A DNA stretch of 64,000 nt, from NCBI GenBank assembly GCA_000145985.1, contig CP002098.1, forward strand, positions 803,853-867,852, read 5' to 3'. The notes under the pieces were generated by a model, which was given only the letters and a program-made list of their open reading frames with translations, ran no database searches and was not told the DNA's origin. This document shows, piece after piece, positions 51,316 to 60,449 of this stretch. Position 1 is the stretch's first letter; each line of letters begins with the position of its first letter. The translations under genes and the position numbers were made by a program. Origin of the DNA: Ignisphaera aggregans DSM 17230 (GTDB lineage Archaea > Thermoproteota > Thermoprotei_A > Sulfolobales > Ignisphaeraceae).

Positions 51316-52515
51316 TTGAGGCCTAGAATGATAGTAGATAATGTGTATTGGGTTGGTGTTAATGATTATCTAAAGGATCTTTTTGAAGGGCTATGGCCTC
51401 TACCCTACGGTATTTCATATAATTCATATGTTGTTGTTGGGGATAGAGATGTTGCACTTATAGATACTGTTGATGAGCACTATATCTATGAGTATATCGG
51501 TAGGGTGCAGGAGGTTGTTAGAGATCTGTCTAGGGTTAGATATATAGTTGTAAATCATCTTGAGCCTGATCACCATGGGGCTACAGAGGAGCTGATAAAG
51601 ATGTTGCCAAATGCTAGATTGGTTATGTCTTCTATAGCTATGAACATAGCTAACTCTCTATACAATATCCCTAGGGAGAGAATAGTGACTGTAAAAGATG
51701 GTGATGTGATTGACCTTGGTGGAAAAAAGCTTAGATTCATATATACACCGTGGCTCCACTGGCCAGAGACAATGATGACATATCTTGAGGAGGATGGAAT
51801 TCTATTCTCATGTGATGCATTTGGTAGCTATGGAGCTCTAGAAAACGGTGTTTTTGATGACGAGGTAGATCTAGATTTCTATCTAGATGAAGCCAAGAGA
51901 TACTTCTCAAATATAGTGATTAAATATTCTAAAAATGTTATTGATGCTATAGAGAAGCTTGAGAAGCTAGGGATAGATATAAGGATTATAGCTCCATCAC
52001 ATGGACCTATATATAGATCCAACCCTAGAAGGATAATAGATCTATATCGCCTATGGACAGACTCCTCAAGGCATAGAGATGTTCTACTAATCTACGGCTC
52101 TATGTATGGTAGAACAAAGAGTATTGTAGATACCATTGAGAATAGCCTTAGGGAGAAAGGCATAAATATAGTCTCCATCGATGCCTCTAGAGTACACGAA
52201 TCCTTTGTCCTACAATATGTAGTAACATCAAAGGTCTTAGTAATAATATATCCATCCTACGACGCTTCAGTATTCCCATATATATACAACCTACTATATC
52301 TATTCTATATCAAGAATATTGGCAGAGGAAGATATATAGCAATAATAAACACATACTCATGGGCACCAACACACAGAGAAACAGAAGACATAATCAAAAA
52401 AGCCGGCTTCACAGTAATAGAACCTATAATCTCTATGAGATCACTACCCAGCGAATCCGACAAAAAGACAATATCCGAACTAATAGAGAAAATAGCTAAA
52501 CTAGCCAAAGACTAA
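51316..52515 (+). CDS. Flavodiiron protein (metallo-beta-lactamase-like diiron domain plus flavodoxin domain)
   Basis: Diiron ligand motif NHLEPDHHG (H-x-E-x-D-H). About 400 aa. C-terminal flavodoxin-like region. Confidence 0.75.
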   Translation: MRPRMIVDNVYWVGVNDYLKDLFEGLWPLPYGISYNSYVVVGDRDVALIDTVDEHYIYEYIGRVQEVVRDLSRVRYIVVNHLEPDHHGATEELIKMLPNARLVMSSIAMNIANSLYNIPRERIVTVKDGDVIDLGGKKLRFIYTPWLHWPETMMTYLEEDGILFSCDAFGSYGALENGVFDDEVDLDFYLDEAKRYFSNIVIKYSKNVIDAIEKLEKLGIDIRIIAPSHGPIYRSNPRRIIDLYRLWTDSSRHRDVLLIYGSMYGRTKSIVDTIENSLREKGINIVSIDASRVHESFVLQYVVTSKVLVIIYPSYDASVFPYIYNLLYLFYIKNIGRGRYIAIINTYSWAPTHRETEDIIKKAGFTVIEPIISMRSLPSESDKKTISELIEKIAKLAKD

Positions 52516-52617
52516 AACAACACAAAACATCTCCATTAGATCTAACCACCATCTAACCACATTCACAACCCAAAAAATAAACAACCATAGGACAAAACTC
52601 CCTAAACCCCAACACAT

Positions 52618-54231
52618 CTTTCTACCTCTTTGGGAGTTTCTATTTCTCTGTAAACACAAACATTACATCTTTTGTTTCGTGGTACAACCTTTCTACTCCC
52701 TTTTGGGAGTTTCTTAACAAGCAGCTATGGATCAGCTGTCATAGTCGGCGTCGCGGACGTCTTTCTACTCCCTTTTGAGAGTTTCTTAACTGTATCAAAT
52801 CCGCAGTTCTGGTTCAGAGCAACGGACAAATACTTTCTACTCCCTTTTGGGAGTTTCTGTTGTAACACTTTATTTATAGACTCGAGATCTAGTCTATACG
52901 CAATCGAGTCTTTCTACTCCCTTTTGGGAGTTTCGTTCTACATAGATAGTAGCGGGAATACGGTTTACGTAACTGCGTATCTTTCTACTCCCTTTTGGGA
53001 GTTTCAGATATATGGACAGGTGCTACAGGCTATAGCATCCATCAGAGCTTTCTACTCCCTTTTTGGAGTTTCAGGATATAGCCTATAGCAAATATAAACA
53101 CTCCAAAGAGACACAGAAACCTTTCTACTCCCTTTTGGGAGTTTCCAGATATGTGTCAGGCTTCCCCGTGCAATAAGGAAATATTTGGAGCAGACTTTCT
53201 ACTCCCTTTTGGGAGTTTCCTACTGCTTTGGGTACATATGTCTCTGGCTCTAGCCCTAGGAAGTTGTAGTATGCCTTTCTACTCCCTTTTGGGAGTTTCA
53301 TTTTTTGAGGTGGGAAGATGGGAAGAGACTATGTATACCTTGGAAAAACTTTCTACTCCCTTTTGGGAGTTTCTCTCCTCATGCCGAGCTTTACAAGTAA
53401 TGAGTATGTAACTATGTCTAGCTTTCTACTCCCTTTTGGGAGTTTCACGTATGATTCCTCGATCTTATCCTTCTGGCAGAGTAGCGTTCCATCTTTCTAC
53501 TCCCTTTTGGGAGTTTCGTGGTAGAGTTATCGAGGTGGGTAGGCCAGATGTTGACGTTCACGAAGACTTTCTACTCCCTTTTGGGAGTTTCTCATTTACA
53601 AATCCGTATTGGTCGTTAGGAGAGCTCTCAAAGATATCTTTCTACTCCCTTTTGGGAGTTTCATCAAGCAACAATAAGAGCTTGATCATCATAGCTATTG
53701 TACTTAGACCTCTTTCTACTCCCTTTTGGGAGTTTCAATTGCCTTTGCAGGTTATTTCCTTGGGGCTTACAGAGACTACCTTTCTACTCCCTTTTGGGAG
53801 TTTCTTGGCTTGTGATCTGCGGACTTTGCGATTAACTATCTTGATTAAACTTTCTACTCCCTTTTGGGAGTTTCTGCTGGACATGGATAACCTCAATGGG
53901 CTGTCTTCCGATCATGACCTTTCTACTCCCTTTTGGGAGTTTCAGGGATACTAACATCTCTATTGCCATTGATATTAACAATAGTTGTCATCATGACTTT
54001 CTACTCCCTTTTGGGAGTTTCTATATAAGACGTATTCGCAGATAATAGATCTATTCGCTGTAAGCCTTTCTACTCCCTTTTGGGAGTTTCAATAGACATT
54101 CGTCAATAGCTGTGCCCTGATTGTTGCAACAACAATCTTTCTACTCCCTTTTGGGAGTTTCAGGCGTGCTATCATGATTGGCTCTGTCGCTGCGATCCTG
54201 ACTGTGCTTTCTACTCCCTTTTGGGAGTTTC
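52618..54231 (-). CRISPR. CRISPR array: 23 copies of a 25-nt repeat, 22 spacers of 42-55 nt. Transcription is inferred on the minus strand, with the leader at the high-coordinate end
   Basis: Repeat CTTTCTACTCCCTTTTGGGAGTTTC. Repeat start positions are 52618 (degenerate, 23 nt), 52689, 52761 (GGGA to GAGA variant), 52833, 52910, 52981, 53048 (TTTTTGGAG variant), 53121, 53195, 53275, 53349, 53422, 53493, 53567, 53638, 53712, 53780, 53850, 53919, 53997, 54066, 54137, 54207. On the minus strand the repeat ends ...GUAGAAAG, like the archaeal 8-nt crRNA 5' handle. The degenerate repeat lies at the low-coordinate (trailer) end. Confidence 0.95.
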
Positions 54232-54428
54232 CGAGTATTATGTTTATATATCTGTTTATAAGTCTATATGATTTCATTACCAATGGATATTATTGGAACA
54301 TTCGTAGAGTCATTGATTAGCAACGACAATAGTGTTCTAATGAAAAAGAATAGAAATAATGAAACAGTACTAATTGTGAAGACACAATAACCATGCCATA
54401 GGTGTTCTAATAGGAAAAGAGTTGATTG
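54232..54428 (-). promoter_or_regulatory. CRISPR leader (AT-rich, about 200 nt) between the last perfect repeat and the csa3 stop
   Basis: AT-rich non-coding sequence next to the conserved end of the array, opposite the degenerate repeat. Confidence 0.5.
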
Positions 54429-55136
54429 CTAGAGCAACATTTTTGCTAGGTCTGTAGGTATATATTCATAGCTCTTTCCTTTCTTTTCATATTCTAGAAG
54501 TTCTTTCTTTACTAGTTTTACCAGTTTTCTTTGGAGTGTTTGTCTTGGTATGCCGAGTTTCTTTACTAGGTGTTTTGTTCTTTTTGTTCCTGTTGCTATC
54601 TCTTTCAATATCTGTAGCTCTGTATAGTCTATCTCTGCTAGTTTAAGTAGTATTGGTATTCTTATTACTCTTGATTCTTGTGTTGGGAATATCTGTCTTA
54701 TTATATCCCTCGTCTTTGTATCTTCCTCTAGCTCAAGCTCAAGTGTCTCTACAGAGACATTTGTGATATGTGAAAGTGTATGTGTTGCAAATGCTGCATA
54801 GGCAACAGCCATCGAAAGCCATCTAAAACCTCCAACAGCTAGGAAATAGGCTTTGCAGGGAGCAAATCTTTCAACATTTCTTCTAATCAGAGCAACATTC
54901 TCCTCAAAACCATTTCTAGGATCAAGCCAAAACATCTCAACAACAACCTCTCTATACACCTCTCTAAGCCATAGATCAAGTCTATTCATAGCATCCTCAG
55001 CATCAGACACCCTAGGAATAGAATTAAACAATAAAACAACATCGCCCTCACCAATACCAGTTCTACCAATAGCCCTAGCAACCCTCTCCCACGAAATACC
55101 AACACTTACAACAACAACCTTCCTCAAGCGACTCAC
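54429..55136 (-). CDS. csa3: Csa3-type CRISPR-associated transcriptional regulator (CARF-like N-domain plus C-terminal wHTH)
   Basis: 235 aa. N-terminal Rossmann-like segment (KVVVVSVGISWERV...). C-terminal HTH (TELQILKEIATGTKRTKHLVKKLGIPRQTLQRKL). Directly abuts the leader. Confidence 0.55.
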   Translation of the reverse strand: MSRLRKVVVVSVGISWERVARAIGRTGIGEGDVVLLFNSIPRVSDAEDAMNRLDLWLREVYREVVVEMFWLDPRNGFEENVALIRRNVERFAPCKAYFLAVGGFRWLSMAVAYAAFATHTLSHITNVSVETLELELEEDTKTRDIIRQIFPTQESRVIRIPILLKLAEIDYTELQILKEIATGTKRTKHLVKKLGIPRQTLQRKLVKLVKKELLEYEKKGKSYEYIPTDLAKMLL

Positions 55137-55174
55137 CTTAGCTGTAGCTATATGCTATATAGCTATAACTCACT

Positions 55175-55190
55175 GACAAAGTTTATAAGC
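55175..55190 (+). promoter_or_regulatory. BRE/TATA-like element (AAAGTTTATAAG) for the cas interference operon
   Basis: TTTATAA at 55182-55188 lies about 25-30 nt upstream of the first TTG/GTG start (55211/55229), consistent with a leaderless archaeal transcript. Confidence 0.35.
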
Positions 55191-55210
55191 TCAGTAGAAC
55201 GTATCTTCAG

Positions 55211-55618
55211 TTGCAGAGGTTTGAAACCGTGTCTCAAGAGAAACCCTCTATAGAGGAATCGATAGACATCGTTGGCGAATACCTAGCCGCCTTCCTGGCA
55301 GTTGAGCAGGACTGGGGCGCTATTGACGGACTTATGCATGCTCATAGACCTGAAGAAGCCTTGATGTACTACGACATGGCGCTTAGGCATGTCCACAAAG
55401 TTATGGAGGAGCTCGAAGAGCTGGGTCTGAAACTGTGGTTCCTCCACGGATTCGATCAGCACAGCAAAAACGTTAGAGACCTGCTATGCGATGAAGGCAA
55501 GGTGAAGAGTGTAGCGCTTAAACTTGTTGAGAGGGCTCTGTCAAAATATCCCAAATACTATGCCAAGCTGAAGAAGGAGACTGAGAAAGAAGAAGAGAAG
55601 GAAGAGGTAGAGGGATGA
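55211..55618 (+). CDS. csa5: Small alpha-helical subunit of type I-A Cascade (Csa5/Cas11-like candidate)
   Basis: 135 aa with a Glu/Lys-rich tail. Position immediately upstream of cas7 matches the I-A order. Start is TTG (55211) or GTG (55229). Assigned from context, not motif. Confidence 0.4.
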   Translation: MQRFETVSQEKPSIEESIDIVGEYLAAFLAVEQDWGAIDGLMHAHRPEEALMYYDMALRHVHKVMEELEELGLKLWFLHGFDQHSKNVRDLLCDEGKVKSVALKLVERALSKYPKYYAKLKKETEKEEEKEEVEG

Positions 55619-55622
55619 AACC

Positions 55623-56675
55623 TTGACGACTCCAAACCTCAAGCTCTACGTTCTAGCCCGCGTAGAGCTACAGCTGAGCTCGCTTAACGCCAGTGGTGCC
55701 ATAGGCAACTATACAAAGCTTCAGGAGGGATATGTGATAGTAAATACCAGCAGAGGTCCACTCCACGTACCAGTCCCAGTCATAACGGGCAACGCACTAA
55801 AGAACTGGCATGCAAGAGCAATGGCTGAAACGTATGTTAGCCTAGGAGGTAAAAAGATTCACGAATCGCACTTCGCAGACATGTACAGGCTCTCCCTCAA
55901 AAGACTTGGGAGCGAAGGAGAGCAAAAGAGCAAACTGTCTGAGGCTGGGCTCGTTAATGAATGCAGCATATGTGATGTTCACGGGTATCTCATAGCCGAA
56001 GCGGGTGTTCAACTAAAGAGGGAATCACTCATAAAGTTCAGTTTTGCTGTTCCAGTCGAAGAGGAGGTCAAACAGGTCACCGAGCAATATCTTCAGCTAA
56101 AGTTTGCGATAACACATAACAGAGTTACTGCTGATCCAAAGGAAATGATGCTCTTTAAGCGAGAATACGGAAGCACAGTGTTCGGATGGGAGACAATCTT
56201 AGACGTGGCATCTATAGGCAGATCGCAGTTCGAACGCAACAGTAGCTCCAATTCATGGCTCGGAAAACCGCTACTTACCAAAGACGGTAATAAAATTGCA
56301 TTCGACGAAATTACATTGCGCGCCAAAGCCGCAATACTAGCGTTTGTAGCACTACTAAGCGGACATCTTGGTGCCAACACATCTAGAGCCCTACCCCTGT
56401 CCAAGGTCGTTGATCTGGTTGTAATACGTTCCAACGGCTCTATACCTGTTCCGTTGCATCCGTTCTACGAGGACTACGCAAAGGATCTGCTGAGCCTCGT
56501 CAAATCGCCACTCGGTAACAGAATACAGAAGGTGTACTGCTTGAAGTATGGGAAGGCGTATGCGGAGCTACAGAATGAGAGGTCGAAGCTCGTAGAGTTC
56601 GATACATACTACGGGCTACTAGACGCCGTTGCCAAGGATGTTGAGGAAGCGCTGAAGCCGAGCCAGGCTAGCTAA
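55623..56675 (+). CDS. cas7: Cas7 (Csa2) backbone subunit of type I-A Cascade
   Basis: 350 aa. Region PVITGNALKNWHARA resembles the Csa2 G-rich loop. Conserved position between csa5 and cas5. Confidence 0.7.
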   Translation: MTTPNLKLYVLARVELQLSSLNASGAIGNYTKLQEGYVIVNTSRGPLHVPVPVITGNALKNWHARAMAETYVSLGGKKIHESHFADMYRLSLKRLGSEGEQKSKLSEAGLVNECSICDVHGYLIAEAGVQLKRESLIKFSFAVPVEEEVKQVTEQYLQLKFAITHNRVTADPKEMMLFKREYGSTVFGWETILDVASIGRSQFERNSSSNSWLGKPLLTKDGNKIAFDEITLRAKAAILAFVALLSGHLGANTSRALPLSKVVDLVVIRSNGSIPVPLHPFYEDYAKDLLSLVKSPLGNRIQKVYCLKYGKAYAELQNERSKLVEFDTYYGLLDAVAKDVEEALKPSQAS

Positions 56676-56684
56676 ATCGAATGG

Positions 56685-57503
56685 ATGAGCGGGGCTGAGC
56701 AGCGCATGAAGGTGCTCCTGTTCGAAGTCAAATCCCTTTTTTACTCCTACAAGGCACCCATCGCCTACCAGGTCAAGGCCTCCAACATGCTTCCCCCACC
56801 GTCTGCGCTCCTGGGGGCTGTGTACAGGAACTACGTAAGGGAAACCTCAAGCTCATACAGCAAGGATTCCCTGTCTGAATTCTTGAGGTCTGTGGCGTAT
56901 GCAGGCTTTGCGGTCCTCCCCGTGGATGACAGAGGCTTCGTATCGTTCAGGAAGTTCGTGGTTCTGCTGAAGCATTGGAGACTCGAAAAGGACGAAGAAG
57001 AACCCCGCCCCGATGCTATGCTCCGCGAGTACGTCTATATGCACGGCAGGCTCGTGGGTGTGATTGCCTATAACGGGTTAAACAACGAAACCTTAACGAA
57101 GGTTGTTGAAACTATTGAGTACTTGGGGAACAGCGAATCGCTGATTGGCATCAGGGCACTGGAATCGGGGCTCTCAGTAAAGAGCGCCGAAGAGTGCGGA
57201 GATGGGTACATGACGCAGATGATCTCTAGCTCTGTAAATAATCTGCCCCGCCACGGAGTTATAGAGCAGTGCGGAAGGGTTCCCAGATCACCCTGGGGTG
57301 GGCGTGAAACCGCTGATGTATGCTATGTGTGGAACCCCCTCGAGCCCGCCGGTAAAGACCTCTACAGACCCATACGGTTCGGTGACATACGAACCGAGCT
57401 ACTAGAGGATCTACGCAAGAAGGTTGCCTGCGTCGAGAGCGTAGCACTGAACGCCAGACTCGTGTTCACCTCCGCGGGCTTTGAATGCCTCAAGAGGGGG
57501 TAG
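56685..57503 (+). CDS. cas5: Cas5 (Cas5a)
   Basis: 272 aa. N-terminal KAPIAYQVKASNMLPPPSALLGAVYRN matches the Cas5 RAMP N-terminal pattern (PPPS..LxG). Confidence 0.65.
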   Translation: MSGAEQRMKVLLFEVKSLFYSYKAPIAYQVKASNMLPPPSALLGAVYRNYVRETSSSYSKDSLSEFLRSVAYAGFAVLPVDDRGFVSFRKFVVLLKHWRLEKDEEEPRPDAMLREYVYMHGRLVGVIAYNGLNNETLTKVVETIEYLGNSESLIGIRALESGLSVKSAEECGDGYMTQMISSSVNNLPRHGVIEQCGRVPRSPWGGRETADVCYVWNPLEPAGKDLYRPIRFGDIRTELLEDLRKKVACVESVALNARLVFTSAGFECLKRG

Positions 57504-59535
57504 GCTCGCGATGGATTCAATGCTCGATACAACGGTTGAGGCATTTAAGGTGATGATCTCAAGACGTGCAGGCTTAGACAAGGAAGCCGTTACGCCCTAC
57601 AGATACCAGCTGGAAGCCTTCAGAGAGTTCGAGAGGCTGGCTAGCGGTGACTTGGACGTGCTGATTGTACGGGCTCCACCAGCGAGGGGCAAAACAGAGG
57701 CACCCATCGCTTCCTTCTTGGCTCAGTTCGTTTCGGGCGAAATCCTCCTCCCAAGGATCATCTACGCCACCCCTACACAGACGCTACTGTATAGCATGGT
57801 TAGAAGGTTCGAGGGCTATCTCGAGGCTCTCTCCTCAGCATACGAGAGCTTCAAGTCATGGAGGGAGAAGCTGAACCCCGTGGCCGAGCACGGGCTGGAC
57901 GTGGATCCACAGTATCTGATTCCTAGGTTCACGGTGTCCACATATGACGTTGTAGCGTATGCGTGGACCGCCAGGAGGGCGATTCCGTGGAGGCCCTTCA
58001 CGACCCGCGGAGCCCTGATCTCAAGCCTCGTGGTGTTCGACGAGGCGCACTTAGTGCAGGATTCGTACACGTACTCTCAGAGGGTGTTCGTTAAGCTCGT
58101 CGAAACCATGGCTAGATCCGGGACCCCGATCGTGATCATGTCCGCGACTCTGCCCAACAAGTTCGTCGAGGATCTGAGCAAGGGTCTCGACGGAGACCTC
58201 GTGAGAGAGGTTGTTGATAGTGGCGCGTCGATTCCCGGCAAAATATCCGTATCCGTCGTTGATGACAGCGCCCCCACCACAGATTTCGAGCGGGCTATGG
58301 CCGAAATCCTCAATGTTGCGAATGATGCTGCGAGAAGTGGTAAGGACGTGCTGCTGGTCTTCAACACGGTCAGAGCTGCCGTTAAGGTCTACAACGTGTT
58401 AGCTACGAAGTTGGAGAAGGAGGCATTCACCGTAGTTGAGGTGAAGGATAAGGACGATGTCGAGAGGGCTCTGAAGGACGATGGGAAGGGCAGGATCGCC
58501 CTTCTGGTGCTCGTTCACGGCAGGCTTCCCATGGGCGTGCGCAGGAGGCGCGAAGAGCTGTTCGAAAGTTTGAGGAGAATACGCAGTGGAATGACTGAGG
58601 AAGGTTTGGAGAAGAGGTGGAGCCTCATAGTTGTGGCGACACAGGTGGCTGAGGTGGGTCTCGACTACAGCTTCGACTATGTGGTCGCTGAGCTTGCGCC
58701 GCCGTCAGCGCTAGTGCAACGGATTATGCGGGCTGGTAGAATCAGGGGGCAACACTCCGAAGCCTTAGTTCTGCCGCCCATCGCATTCGAATGCGACATC
58801 GATTCGGAGTGTACACCCCCCTCTTTCTTCGTGTACGCGAAAAGTACTCTAGACCTTGGAAGGGAGTTCGTGGGGGAGATCAGCAAAGACCCCGCTAGGG
58901 TTGCGGACGTAATCTACGTCGCCGACTGGGTGGACAGGGAGTTCAAGGCTATCGAGTCAGAGACCAAGGAATGGGCAGAAATACTTGTGAACCGAGCGCA
59001 CCAGATCCTCGACACAAGCAGGTTCGTTCCGCCGTTCGCAACAGTAGTTCATCGGAGAATCCTTGAGAGCTTCAAGTTCAGGCTCGGAGAGTACGTAGCT
59101 CTGCGCATACTCGGCGAAGAGACCTCGGAACTTGAGAAGGTCGCTGACATCGGGGAATTCGAGAGAAGGCTCGGCGAGCTGATTGCCAAGCCCGGTGAGG
59201 GGCTGCGCGAACTCATCGAGGGGAGCGTTAGATACGCGCTCCACTTCAGAAAGAGGGAGATCGGCGGTGACAAGTATACTGTTGCCATGCTGCCAAGGGA
59301 ATGCGTGTGGACCGTGGGCGACGAGCATGTTGTGACGTATGTGCGCTCGGTGCGTGGAGGGAAGGTCGAAATCGGCTTCCTGGTGCTGAAGAAGCTGGAC
59401 GAGAGCGGCAGAGTCTACGCCGCACCAGGCGTGGAGGACATCTGCGGCAGATTACTGATCTGCAAGCGCGTTCCCGGATTCGAGCCGGAGATTGGTCTTG
59501 TAGAGGTGGAAGAGGTTGAACTCGTCGTTCGGTGA
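57481..59535 (+). CDS. cas3': Cas3' superfamily-2 helicase
   Basis: Motif I PARGKTEA, motif II VVFDEAHL, and later helicase motifs (VATQVAEVGLD). 684 aa. Confidence 0.75.
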   Translation: MNASRGGRLAMDSMLDTTVEAFKVMISRRAGLDKEAVTPYRYQLEAFREFERLASGDLDVLIVRAPPARGKTEAPIASFLAQFVSGEILLPRIIYATPTQTLLYSMVRRFEGYLEALSSAYESFKSWREKLNPVAEHGLDVDPQYLIPRFTVSTYDVVAYAWTARRAIPWRPFTTRGALISSLVVFDEAHLVQDSYTYSQRVFVKLVETMARSGTPIVIMSATLPNKFVEDLSKGLDGDLVREVVDSGASIPGKISVSVVDDSAPTTDFERAMAEILNVANDAARSGKDVLLVFNTVRAAVKVYNVLATKLEKEAFTVVEVKDKDDVERALKDDGKGRIALLVLVHGRLPMGVRRRREELFESLRRIRSGMTEEGLEKRWSLIVVATQVAEVGLDYSFDYVVAELAPPSALVQRIMRAGRIRGQHSEALVLPPIAFECDIDSECTPPSFFVYAKSTLDLGREFVGEISKDPARVADVIYVADWVDREFKAIESETKEWAEILVNRAHQILDTSRFVPPFATVVHRRILESFKFRLGEYVALRILGEETSELEKVADIGEFERRLGELIAKPGEGLRELIEGSVRYALHFRKREIGGDKYTVAMLPRECVWTVGDEHVVTYVRSVRGGKVEIGFLVLKKLDESGRVYAAPGVEDICGRLLICKRVPGFEPEIGLVEVEEVELVVR

Positions 59536-60439
59536 CCTTGTGAAGCGGCTCGAAGCCTTAACCGGGGGCAGAGTCGAGGAATACCTCTCCTACAGACCTA
59601 AGGAGAGCGAGGGACGGGAGACGCTGATGAGTCACATCATGCTGACCGTCCGCTACGCCTCGGCGCTGAGCGATCACATAGTCACGCTCGCAAGGATAGT
59701 ACGCAAGATCGACATTGCTCTGAGCCCCGAAAACGCTAGGAGGGTCGTGCGGTACCTGGTTCTGTTCACAGCATTCTACCACGACATAGGGAAGGCTGAG
59801 GCGCATTATCAGCTCTACGCTCACGGAGCGGTGGACAGAGTGGGGGTGCCCCACAACTACGCCTCGGTGGCTTTCGTGGTCGAGAACGACGACATCTTCG
59901 AGGGCTTCGTTGAGGCGCTGACTGGGAACTACGGCGTTAGTGTCAGGGCGGCGGAGGTCATGTTCGACTCGTCCCTGACCGCGATAGCCCTACACCACGA
60001 GTACTACGACTACAAGGATCTGTCCTTCGTCGAGGTTCTGACGCCTCTGACGATAGCCCTAGCCAAGAATGTCGATTCGCTGACTGAGCTTGCGTTCCAC
60101 GAATCCGTTTTCGACCTCTTGCGGAGTCTCGCAGAAGAGGTCGGACGAAACCTCAACGTACGAATCCCTGTTCCAGCTACTCGCAGGAACTTTTCGACGA
60201 CGCTCGGTCGAGCGATAGAGTACGTTGCCACGCTGCACTACGAGTTCGGAGCACTGAACGTCAGACGGGAGGGTGGATCCATTAGAGTAAGCATGGACGA
60301 AGCCATCGCCTCGGTCCTCGAGCTGGCTGAGGCGCTGACGTGGGTTCTAGTGCTCGCAGACAACCTCGCCGCGCGCCACAGGGGTTCGACAGGCGAGGAA
60401 TCCTTTTTCGCGTCCCTGATCGGCAGGTACTACGGGTGA
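59516..60439 (+). CDS. cas3'': Cas3'' HD-domain nuclease
   Basis: HD motif FYHDIGKAEAHYQ plus downstream His-rich LHHEYYD. 307 aa. Split-cas3 arrangement typical of type I-A. Confidence 0.7.
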   Translation: MNSSFGDLVKRLEALTGGRVEEYLSYRPKESEGRETLMSHIMLTVRYASALSDHIVTLARIVRKIDIALSPENARRVVRYLVLFTAFYHDIGKAEAHYQLYAHGAVDRVGVPHNYASVAFVVENDDIFEGFVEALTGNYGVSVRAAEVMFDSSLTAIALHHEYYDYKDLSFVEVLTPLTIALAKNVDSLTELAFHESVFDLLRSLAEEVGRNLNVRIPVPATRRNFSTTLGRAIEYVATLHYEFGALNVRREGGSIRVSMDEAIASVLELAEALTWVLVLADNLAARHRGSTGEESFFASLIGRYYG

Positions 60440-60449
60440 GGGGATTGGT

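Noticed and set aside
52672-53954. Four provided ORFs (52672-53088, 53151-53411, 53318-53524, 53436-53954) with recurring peptide motifs STPFWEF / LLPFGSF / FYSLLGVS
   Set aside because: They lie entirely within the CRISPR array. The recurring motifs are the 25-nt repeat translated in three frames. They are not genes.
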